Below are positions 28,027 to 35,091 of a DNA stretch of 64,000 bases, in pieces (position 1 is the first letter of the stretch; every line of letters begins with the position of its first letter). The stretch is from Eubacteriales bacterium (GTDB lineage Bacteria > Bacillota > Clostridia > Oscillospirales > CAG-382). The stretch covers positions 28,809 to 92,808 of the forward strand of contig JAQWDK010000005.1 of the NCBI GenBank assembly GCA_028705495.1, read 5' to 3'. The notes under the pieces were generated by a model that had not been told where the DNA came from, searched no databases, and was given only the letters and a program-made list of their open reading frames with translations. A program made the position numbers and the translations under genes.

Positions 28027-28644
28027 TTAGTTTTCCCCGATCCTTTGCCTTGGTCTTCCTGATGAGATTACGAAAATTCCGTCCTTTTTATATATTTGCT
28101 CAGTAGTGGAAAATAGCTCATCGAGTTTCTTCATACTGCTCTCAGCACCATGTTTTTTCCTGATTACAATATAAAACCTTCCGCCATCATTTAGTCTTTC
28201 CGCCGCACCCTCATACATTCTGAAAACAACCTGCTTTCCTGCATGAATGGGCGGGTTCAGGACGATTGTGTCGAACTTTCCCGTAATGTTTTCAAAGCAG
28301 TCGGATTTAACAACTTCCGCTTTAACATTGTTTTTTGCAGCGTTCTTCTCGGCACAAGCGAGCGCTCTGGGATTTATATCAGCCATTGTTACAGAAATGG
28401 GGTAAACAGCTCCGAGTGTCACACCGACTACTCCCCAACCGCAGCCGAGGTCGAGCAGACTTCCCGTCAAAGGCGGTAGACTGCGGAGCAGAATATCGCT
28501 TTCCGGGTCCACTCTGTCGGGTGAAAACAGCCCTGAGTTTGTGACAAAATCAATTTTCTTACCGCCGAAGCTGTAAGAAAATTCGGTAAAGCTATCAGTT
28601 AAATTCTTATCATCAATAAAATAATGTCTCACTTTTCTCTCCAA
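28027..28644 (-). CDS. Class I SAM-dependent methyltransferase, RsmC/RlmG-like (MTS domain)
   Basis: LDLGCGWGVVGV (SAM motif I) and VLNPPIHAGK (the NPPxH motif of N2-G rRNA methyltransferases). The track start is TTG 28644; GTG 28632, preceded by GGAGAG, is an alternative. Confidence 0.75.
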   Translation of the reverse strand: MERKVRHYFIDDKNLTDSFTEFSYSFGGKKIDFVTNSGLFSPDRVDPESDILLRSLPPLTGSLLDLGCGWGVVGVTLGAVYPISVTMADINPRALACAEKNAAKNNVKAEVVKSDCFENITGKFDTIVLNPPIHAGKQVVFRMYEGAAERLNDGGRFYIVIRKKHGAESSMKKLDELFSTTEQIYKKDGIFVISSGRPRQRIGEN

Positions 28645-28676
28645 GGTATTATCTTTTTTCCCATGTTTGAATATGG

Positions 28677-28701
28677 AAAAATCCGCGTATACCGCGGATT
28701 T
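28677..28701 (-). terminator. Intrinsic terminator located 250 nt after tRNA-Gly and about 30-45 nt before the methyltransferase start
   Basis: Minus strand (AA)ATCCGCG-GTATA-CGCGGAT followed by TTTTCC. Stem arms are 28681..28687 and 28693..28699. Confidence 0.65.
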
Positions 28702-28747
28702 CGGTTTAATAGTGCGATATCAGGCATGCTGGACCGAACTTCAACTC

Positions 28748-28777
28748 AGCGGAAGTCCGGTTGCGAATCATTCACGC
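28748..28777 (+). repeat. Tripartite 30-nt motif, copy A: AGCGGAAGTCC-N3-TGCGAAT-N2-TTCACGC
   Basis: Read directly: agcggaagtcc ggt tgcgaat ca ttcacgc. Copy B is at 59019..59048 on the opposite strand. 25 of 30 positions are identical, and both copies are followed by AGTTTATGT 30-37 nt downstream. Confidence 0.8.
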
Positions 28778-28859
28778 TTCACAAATAACTTACTTATAAG
28801 TTTATGTCGCATCATTTTCTTGTACATACAAGGCGCAGCTGGCGTTTTGGAAACATGCG

Positions 28860-28902
28860 GAAATTCAATAAAATTGCGTCCAATCTAATTTTATTGAATT
28901 TC
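28860..28902. repeat. Perfect 16-bp inverted repeat (hairpin) with GAAATTCAA arms
   Basis: gaaattcaataaaatt-gcgtccaatct-aattttattgaatttc. The arm start GAAATTCAA is shared with the hairpin at 58993..59016. Confidence 0.85.
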
Positions 28903-28952
28903 GTGGCGCAAGTAGGTGAGTTGAATGGTTATATCGCATCAAATCCTTGCGC

Positions 28953-29026
28953 TGGAGCAGGCAGCGGGAATCGAACCCGTATTTACGGCTTGGGAAGCGG
29001 TCGTTTTACCACTAAACTATGCCTGC
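28953..29026 (-). tRNA. tRNA-Gly (anticodon CCC), CCA encoded
   Basis: Minus strand GCAGGCATAGTTTAGTGGTAAAACGACCGCTTCCCAAGCCGTAAATACGGGTTCGATTCCCGCTGCCTGCTCCA. The 7-bp acceptor stem is perfect, D-loop has GG, anticodon loop is TTCCCAA and T-loop is TTCGATT. There is one C.C mismatch in the anticodon stem and one A.C mismatch in the T stem. Confidence 0.8.
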
Positions 29027-29040
29027 ATCTTGTAGTTAAT

Positions 29041-29070
29041 ATGATAACATTAAAATAACCCTTTTGTCAA
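29041..29070 (-). promoter_or_regulatory. Sigma-A promoter of tRNA-Gly
   Basis: Minus strand TTGACA (29070..29065), 18 nt, TGt-TATCAT (29046..29041). The -10 ends 14 nt before the tRNA 5' end. Confidence 0.6.
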
Positions 29071-29136
29071 TTCTTCGAAGCAAATTTATTATATAATAAA
29101 ATGTAAGAGTAATTTTAAAAAAGGACTGTAATAATT

Positions 29137-29631
29137 ATGAGAAGCGAACAATTTCACACAATAAAACCATTTTTCAACGCTGATTCTAAGGTATTAATCC
29201 TTGGCTCCTTCCCTTCTCCAGCTTCAAGGGATGTCGGCTTCTTTTACGGACACCCTCAAAACCGTTTCTGGAGAGTTTTAGCTGCAGTTTTTTCTGACGG
29301 AATACCTGAACCGCTCCCGGACACTGAAAGCAAAAAGCGCTTTTTGCAAAAGAACAAAATTGCGATGTGGGATGTCCTTGCTAGCTGTGAGATAATCGGA
29401 GCATCGGATTCAAGCATTAGAAACCCTGTCCCGAATGACCTTAAGATGATCACTGAAAAATGCAGTATCTCAGCGATTTTTACCACCGGGCAAGTTGCAA
29501 CAAAGCTCTACAGGAAATTCTTTTATAAAAACAATATTGCTCTCCCATCGCCGAGTGCTGCAAATGCCGCAACTTCTGAAGCAGATCTTATAAAAAGCTA
29601 TTCGGTAATAAAAAAATATCTCGCTAATTAA
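29137..29631 (+). CDS. DNA-deoxyinosine (hypoxanthine) glycosylase, UDG family 6
   Basis: ILGSFPSPASRDVGFFYGHPQNRFWRVLA is the characteristic family-6 UDG N-terminal motif; 164 aa. Confidence 0.75.
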   Translation: MRSEQFHTIKPFFNADSKVLILGSFPSPASRDVGFFYGHPQNRFWRVLAAVFSDGIPEPLPDTESKKRFLQKNKIAMWDVLASCEIIGASDSSIRNPVPNDLKMITEKCSISAIFTTGQVATKLYRKFFYKNNIALPSPSAANAATSEADLIKSYSVIKKYLAN

Positions 29632-29633
29632 AA

Positions 29634-29665
29634 ACGGAACTGTCAATGCGACAGTTCCGTTTTTT
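29634..29665. terminator. Bidirectional intrinsic terminator between convergent genes
   Basis: ACGGAACTGTC-AATGC-GACAGTTCCGT (11-bp perfect stem), preceded by AAAA and followed by TTTTT. Confidence 0.85.
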
Positions 29666-29679
29666 GTTATGTGTTTTTA

Positions 29680-31497
29680 TTATGATGCTGCGGACTCAGT
29701 AGCATCGGTTCCTGACATATAGTCATAAGGTGTCGGATCTGTCGGATAATTCGGGCTGGCAGCTCTGATCTGCTTATAGAAGGTTGTAGTCAAAGCTTTG
29801 ATATAACCATCGCCGGCTTCCTCAAGCTCGGACTGAATCGCGCTCCATATAGCGTCGAAATCGCCCGTTCCGTTTATAAGGTCGTCGTAATATTTATTGG
29901 TTATATTGGTATACAATGTCTTGTAGTCAGGTTCAAGAACCTTCGGTGCTTCAGATTCTTCTGCTTCTGAAGGAGCGGCAAGTCCTGTCGAGGTTTCTGA
30001 TACTTCTGCGCTTTCGTCCGTAGCAGGCTCTTCTTCCGAAACATCGGGCGTTTCAGCCTGAACCTCAAGTCTCTTGAAGTTTAATGAAATGAAGGGGGAG
30101 AGTGTCGCTTCAAGGTTCTGCTTCTTCGCAGCTTCCCAAATATCGGGGTCTTCACCTTCGAGTGTATAACAGAGGAACTGGTTTCCGGTCTGCTCTCTGT
30201 TCATCATATAGTCTTCGTTGAGTCTAACAACTTGGTTGTCATCGTTAAGGATATAGTTTTCGTTGATAACACCATATTGGAATATATTTCTAACCTCGGT
30301 ATCTGTGTTTAGAACTTTGAGTATCTTAACTGCTTCCGTAAGTTCTTCAGCAACACAAGCTTTACTGATTGCAAATACGTTTTCAAGGAGGTTGTCAGCT
30401 GTACCTATAGGATTTTTGTAGATAACATATTCATATTCTCTACCTGTTTCTCTTTCGAGAGCTTCGATGTCGGAGATGTTACCTTTTACAATAGTAACTG
30501 CAAAACGCTGGTCGTCTTTAAGTTCACCTTCAGGAAGGTAGCCCTTTGAACGGAAGCGGTTGAGCATTCTATAGAAATCTTCAAGCTCTTCAGATAGATA
30601 GGTTCCGAAAACATAACCTTTATCATCAACAGCCACCGGGAATCCGTCCTGGAAGAGGAACGATACATTGTTAGGAGTTGTTGTGCCGGTAAGCGGAACA
30701 ACATCCTTTTCTCCTGCTTTAACAGCTTCAAGGAAGAACTCCACATCTTCGAGGGTTTTCAGCGAAGGTGCATCAAATTCATACTTCTGGAGAAGTTCTT
30801 TATCGTAAACAAGATATTCATATTCACCTATCGGACCGTTGTTGGGAACACCATAAGCTTTGCCGTTATAGTTAGCGGCGCTGACTTTAGTGCTGCTGTT
30901 TGCCATGAAAAACGCGTTGACGAACTTCGTCAAAGCTTTACCATCACTCGCAAGCTTTTGAATAATACCTTCTTTTGTAAATTTGCCTTCATCGGCGAAC
31001 TTGTAGTAGTCTTCCTTGCCGCGAACGAGGAATATATCTATGCGCGGAACATCGAGGGGAATTTCAGCTCCCGATTCAAGCAGCGCGTATATCATATCAG
31101 CGGTAAGTCCGCTTTCTGCGTCTGAACCATCTGATGCTTGTTCTTTGGGTTTGTTTTTATTTGAAAGAGCTGCAGCTTTTGAGGCTGATGCTTCTTCCTT
31201 CTTCTTTAATTCGTACGCTTCCATTTCGTCGAAAGCATCTTGGACTGCCTGGTCATACTCGTCCTCAGGGAACAGCATGAGCTTAATGGCAACGTCAAAG
31301 TTTGTGATAAGTATTCTGTTCATAGCAAGCTCAACTTGACGGATTGCTTCCGGTTTTGTCGAGTCTCCTGTAATGCCGTAAACAGTATAAACCTTGATAA
31401 TAGCGTCTTTCGGTTTTATTACACTTACGCATGATGAAAGCACGGATGAGCTTAAAATCAAGATGAAAAGCAGTACTGCTGCTAAGCGTTTCTTCAT
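29680..31497 (-). CDS. Large solute-binding-protein-like lipoprotein (orphan), with acidic insertions
   Basis: Lipobox SSVLSSC|V; 605 aa. The SBP-like segment is GKAYGVPNNGPIGEYEYLVYDKELLQKYEFDAPSLKTLEDVEFFLEAVKAG. No permease or ATPase lies adjacent. Confidence 0.5.
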   Translation of the reverse strand: MKKRLAAVLLFILILSSSVLSSCVSVIKPKDAIIKVYTVYGITGDSTKPEAIRQVELAMNRILITNFDVAIKLMLFPEDEYDQAVQDAFDEMEAYELKKKEEASASKAAALSNKNKPKEQASDGSDAESGLTADMIYALLESGAEIPLDVPRIDIFLVRGKEDYYKFADEGKFTKEGIIQKLASDGKALTKFVNAFFMANSSTKVSAANYNGKAYGVPNNGPIGEYEYLVYDKELLQKYEFDAPSLKTLEDVEFFLEAVKAGEKDVVPLTGTTTPNNVSFLFQDGFPVAVDDKGYVFGTYLSEELEDFYRMLNRFRSKGYLPEGELKDDQRFAVTIVKGNISDIEALERETGREYEYVIYKNPIGTADNLLENVFAISKACVAEELTEAVKILKVLNTDTEVRNIFQYGVINENYILNDDNQVVRLNEDYMMNREQTGNQFLCYTLEGEDPDIWEAAKKQNLEATLSPFISLNFKRLEVQAETPDVSEEEPATDESAEVSETSTGLAAPSEAEESEAPKVLEPDYKTLYTNITNKYYDDLINGTGDFDAIWSAIQSELEEAGDGYIKALTTTFYKQIRAASPNYPTDPTPYDYMSGTDATESAAS

Positions 31498-31702
31498 TTC
31501 GGGAATATCCTCCTAACTGAATATATACGTGAACTTTTTTTCTATCCGTCAAAATGGACAGGAGTTTACGTATAGTATTGTTATTCTACACCACGGCATA
31601 TAAAAAGTCAATAGCTTTTTTATTAATCAAACAACTCAGTCGGTTTTCGATTCGTTGTTTTTATTAAAAATCTACATAGATTTATGTGTAATTTGCCTAA
31701 TG

Positions 31703-31724
31703 TATAGGTTCATATGAGCCTATA
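31703..31724. promoter_or_regulatory. 22-bp near-perfect palindrome overlapping a TATAAT hexamer
   Basis: TATAGGTTCATATGAGCCTATA, with one non-complementary pair. The TATAAT at 31722..31727 overlaps its right arm. Confidence 0.4.
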
Positions 31725-31753
31725 ATATTTTCATATAAACTCATCAAAAGGTA

Positions 31754-31782
31754 TTGCGTAGTTTTATTGCGTATGTTATAAT
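31754..31782 (+). promoter_or_regulatory. Sigma-A promoter (extended -10) of hflKC
   Basis: TTGCGT (31754..31759), 17 nt, TGt-TATAAT (31777..31782). A 7-bp inverted repeat ATTGTTG/CAACAAT (31786..31805) sits at the predicted transcript start. Confidence 0.55.
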
Positions 31783-31869
31783 TATATTGTTGTCAGTGCA
31801 ACAATATCAATTTCTCAGAAAAAGATAAGAAAAACCAAGAAATTTATTTCCCGTAAGGAAGGAGAACAC

Positions 31870-32823
31870 ATGAACAAGAACACCTATTACCAAAAGCCGA
31901 ATACATGGAAGGCTTCGAGGATTTTGTTGCTGATCATCATCGTCGCCATTGCTATAGTAGCTCTTTCAGCTATTTTTTCATCTTTTTATACTGTAAACGA
32001 CCAGCAAGTTGCGGTAATAACCACCTTCGGTAAGCAAACCGATGTGAAAACAGCAGGTCTGCATTTCAAAATTCCGTTTGTTCAGAATGCTGTTATTGTA
32101 GATGTAAATAAGCTCCGCTCGCTTGAAATTGGCTACATAACTGACAAGGGCGGTAACAATGTCACCGTTGAATCAGAAAGCAAGATGATAACAGGAGATT
32201 ACAATATTGTAAATATTGACTTTTACATCGAATATCAGATCAGCGATGCGGTTAAATACCTTTACAACTGCGACAACCCCGACGTGCTTCTTAAACTTTT
32301 GATTCAAAGTCAAATCCGTAGTGTCGTAGGCTCAATGAAAGTTGATAATGTTATGACTGACGGAAAAGCACAGATCGAAGCATCGGTTTACGACCTTACT
32401 GTAAAAGAACTTGAAAGTTATGATATTGGCTTGAAAGTCACAGCTGTCAGGATTCAGGACAGTGAACCGCCGACAGAAGCTGTCAGAGAGGCATTCGCTG
32501 CTGTTATTAACGCAGGACAAAGAAGCCAGACACTGATGAACCAGGCACTCCAGTATCAAGCTGAAAAAGCAAAACAAGTTGAATCCGAGCAGAAGAAACT
32601 CACAACTCAAGCTCAGTACGAAAAACAAGACCGTATCAACGAAGCAAATAAACAAGTTTCGATGTTCAATGCGATGTACGGTCAGTACTCCCTTAACCGC
32701 GACATAACCAAAACCAGGATGTACTACGAAGCTCTCGAGGAAGCGCTCGGAGGTGTAACGCTCTACATTGACACCGGCGACGGACTCCAGAAACTGCTTC
32801 CAGTTGACACCTTTACTGAATAA
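31870..32823 (+). CDS. hflK: SPFH/band-7 protein, HflK-like protease modulator
   Basis: N-terminal TM helix, then VNDQQVAVITTFGKQTDVKTAGLHFKIPFVQN (SPFH core). It is paired with an HflC-like gene. Strong SD AAGGAAGGAG. Confidence 0.75.
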   Translation: MNKNTYYQKPNTWKASRILLLIIIVAIAIVALSAIFSSFYTVNDQQVAVITTFGKQTDVKTAGLHFKIPFVQNAVIVDVNKLRSLEIGYITDKGGNNVTVESESKMITGDYNIVNIDFYIEYQISDAVKYLYNCDNPDVLLKLLIQSQIRSVVGSMKVDNVMTDGKAQIEASVYDLTVKELESYDIGLKVTAVRIQDSEPPTEAVREAFAAVINAGQRSQTLMNQALQYQAEKAKQVESEQKKLTTQAQYEKQDRINEANKQVSMFNAMYGQYSLNRDITKTRMYYEALEEALGGVTLYIDTGDGLQKLLPVDTFTE

Positions 32824-32855
32824 TCGCGGAACTGACGCAGAAAGGATTTTAAACG

Positions 32856-33743
32856 ATGAAAAAACTTGTAACAATGATTGTTGTTCTTATAATTATGCTC
32901 ATAGGTATCCTTCTTGTCGGCTCTTCTGTATATGTTGTTGCCGAAGATCAGTACGCCTGTGTGCTAAGATTTGATAAGATAGAAAAAGTCATTTCAGAAG
33001 CAGGACTTTATTTTAAATCACCTGTTTTCGAAAGAGTTGAATACTATTCAAAAAAGACCCTCGTTTATGATATTGAGCCGTCCAGTGTAATCACCAAAGA
33101 TAAGCTTGCGATGACGGTTGACTTTTACATAGCATGGGAGATTTCTGACCCCCTCACATTTTACCGTACTCTTGGTAGAATAGACAATGCAAAAGCAAAA
33201 CTTGACTCCTTGACATACAGCAATGTTAAGAATATAATGGGTACATTGAACCAGGCAGACATCATCAACGAAGACGACCCCAGAGAAAGAAACGAAATTT
33301 ATAAAAAAATTACTGACAACGTAAGAGTTGAAGCCGAAGTTTACGGTATCAATATCAGAGATATAAAAATCAAACGATTCGACCTCCCGACTACAAACGA
33401 AAGTTCAGTTTATGAGAGAATGATTTCCGAACGTAATAAGCTTGCTGCAACTATTATAGCAGAGGCTGAAAAAGAAGCTTCTATTATAAAAACGCAGGCT
33501 GATGTTGAGTACAATGTCAAGCTTTCTGATACCACTCTTGAGGCAAAAAAGCTTGTCGCTGAAGGCGAAGAAGAATACATGCGCATTCTTGCTGAAACCT
33601 TCGACACAGGTGATAAACAAGAATTTTACCGCTTCACAAGGCTGCTTGATGTTCTAAAGGCATCACTGACTGGTGAAGATAAAACAGTTATTTTAAGTAA
33701 GGATTCGGAGCTTGCAGAGCTTCTTCTCGGGCTCGGAAATTAA
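32856..33743 (+). CDS. hflC: SPFH/band-7 protein, HflC-like protease modulator
   Basis: N-terminal TM helix, then VAEDQYACVLRFDKIEKVISEAGLYFKSPVFERV. Confidence 0.75.
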   Translation: MKKLVTMIVVLIIMLIGILLVGSSVYVVAEDQYACVLRFDKIEKVISEAGLYFKSPVFERVEYYSKKTLVYDIEPSSVITKDKLAMTVDFYIAWEISDPLTFYRTLGRIDNAKAKLDSLTYSNVKNIMGTLNQADIINEDDPRERNEIYKKITDNVRVEAEVYGINIRDIKIKRFDLPTTNESSVYERMISERNKLAATIIAEAEKEASIIKTQADVEYNVKLSDTTLEAKKLVAEGEEEYMRILAETFDTGDKQEFYRFTRLLDVLKASLTGEDKTVILSKDSELAELLLGLGN

Positions 33744-33748
33744 CAGCT

Positions 33749-34336
33749 ATGGATGTAAGGAATCTGAGCAGAATGCTCAAGATAATGCCGACACTCGAAA
33801 CTGAGCGACTTCGGCTTGAAAAAATTACAATCGAAAACGCTGAGGATATGTACGAATATGCCTCCGACCCGAAGGTAACGAGATATCTGCTTTGGAATCC
33901 GCATCTCAATTTGTTTGAAACGAAGGGTTTCATCGAACATGTTAAGCGCAAATACAGGAGCGGTGAGTTTTTCGATTGGGGTATAAACCTTAAGAGTAAC
34001 AATAAATTCATCGGCACCGTCGGCTTTACAACTGTGGACCCCGACAACGACCGCGCTGAGCTTGGATACGTTCTCGCCCCATCTTATTGGCGGCGTGGGC
34101 TGATGTTCGAGGCTCTCTCAAGGGTTATAGACTTCGCGTTTGACGACTGCGGATTCGGACGACTTGAACTGAAAATTATGCCCGACAACATTAGTTCCCG
34201 GTCCATTGCTGAAAAGTTAGGTTTTAGCTACGAAGGTACGCTCAGGGAATATATGATTATCAAAGAAAAGCCTGAGGATGTTTGCTTCTACTCCTTACTA
34301 AAACGCGAACGCTCAAACTACCGTCCTTTTATGTGA
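33749..34336 (+). CDS. GNAT N-acetyltransferase, RimJ/RimL-like
   Basis: LETERLRLEKIT.. is the N-terminus typical of RimJ/L-type GNATs. It also has AELGYVLAPSYWRRGLMFEAL. Confidence 0.75.
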   Translation: MDVRNLSRMLKIMPTLETERLRLEKITIENAEDMYEYASDPKVTRYLLWNPHLNLFETKGFIEHVKRKYRSGEFFDWGINLKSNNKFIGTVGFTTVDPDNDRAELGYVLAPSYWRRGLMFEALSRVIDFAFDDCGFGRLELKIMPDNISSRSIAEKLGFSYEGTLREYMIIKEKPEDVCFYSLLKRERSNYRPFM

Positions 34337-34417
34337 CAAATAAAGCATCTCCGAATATAATGTAATATATTATCCTGTACTGTTATAGGATAAATTCCGA
34401 GACATTACATTAAGGAG

Positions 34418-34987
34418 ATGCTTTTAATTTTGGATAGAGAAACAATTATGAGAGCTTTCGCTTCCGAGGCCGACTCTAATACACGCATGTCGATTTATGC
34501 CGAGAAAGCTCGGGAGGAGGGCTTTAATGCGATCGGTGACACTTTTGAAGAAATATCCGGCAACGATGAAAGAATAGCAGGTGTTTGGCTTGAAAGAGCG
34601 GGTGAGATCGGTTCCATTGAGGAAAACCTCCAGAAAGGTATCGATAGTAACAAACAACAGCTCGAATTTTACCAAGGAATTCAGGACGAAGAAAACGAGG
34701 CAGTTATAACTGCAATTACACAGGTAAAAGAGAACCAAATAGATATGCTTCAAGAAGCACTTGACGGGCTTGACACAGAAACATGGTACACACCCGGCAC
34801 CAGTTCTCACTGGCTATGTTCGCGCTGCGGTTTTGTAGCTGGCGGCAATCGCTGCCCGCTAAGTTGCCCCCTTTGCAGATGCCATCAAGGCTTTTTCAGA
34901 CCGCATCGACCCGGTAGACGCCCGACACCACCACCGCCTCCACCTCCCCACCCCGGTCAAAGACCCCGTTACGGCGGAAGAAGGTAA
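34418..34987 (+). CDS. Rubrerythrin-family protein with degenerate di-iron ligands and a Pro/Arg-rich C-terminal tail
   Basis: Ferritin-like helices (AFASEADSNTRMSIYAEKAREEGF) plus a rubredoxin-like WLCSRCG...CPLC. The tail is RPHRPGRRPTPPPPPPPHPGQRPRYGGRR. The start is uncertain (34418 or ATG 34448). Confidence 0.6.
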   Translation: MLLILDRETIMRAFASEADSNTRMSIYAEKAREEGFNAIGDTFEEISGNDERIAGVWLERAGEIGSIEENLQKGIDSNKQQLEFYQGIQDEENEAVITAITQVKENQIDMLQEALDGLDTETWYTPGTSSHWLCSRCGFVAGGNRCPLSCPLCRCHQGFFRPHRPGRRPTPPPPPPPHPGQRPRYGGRR

Positions 34988-35047
34988 GGTTGAAAGATAA
35001 ATCTTTCAATTAGCCAGCAAAAAAGGTATGCTTATAATTATAAAAAT

Positions 35048-35076
35048 AAAAGGGCCCTTTACGGGAGCCCTTTTTG
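35048..35076. terminator. Bidirectional intrinsic terminator
   Basis: AAAGGGCCC-TTTAC-GGGAGCCCTTT followed by TTTTG, between convergent genes. Confidence 0.7.
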
Positions 35077-35091
35077 TTATGTTACTATGAA

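Noticed and set aside
28748-28777. GGAAGTCC in the tripartite motif resembles the RNase P RNA GGAAAGTCC (P4) element. I also considered SRP RNA, 6S RNA and a T-box leader for the 28.7-28.95 kb region.
   Set aside because: The region is too short for RNase P and lacks its other conserved blocks. There is no SRP domain-IV GGAAGCAGCC-type sequence. There is no T-box consensus (GGGTGGTACCGCG) next to the terminator. A second copy of the motif at 59 kb does not fit a single-copy housekeeping RNA.
28768-28815. 15-codon mini-ORF (MMRHKLISKLFVKRE) as a BmrB-like leader peptide attenuating the downstream ABC exporter operon.
   Set aside because: There is no Shine-Dalgarno sequence and I could not draw an obvious anti-terminator alternative pairing. 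I kept it only as a weak alternative inside the finding on this region.
28804-29058. 84-aa plus-strand ORF spanning the tRNA-Gly locus, together with 28667..28888.
   Set aside because: It runs antisense through a tRNA gene, has no SD, and its translation is not protein-like.
34357-34373. ATAAT-N7-ATTAT inverted repeat overlapping a TATAAT upstream of the rubrerythrin-like gene, as a possible PerR box.
   Set aside because: Spacing and arm length do not match the TTATAAT-N-ATTATAA PerR/Fur-type 7-1-7 site, and short AT-only arms are expected by chance.
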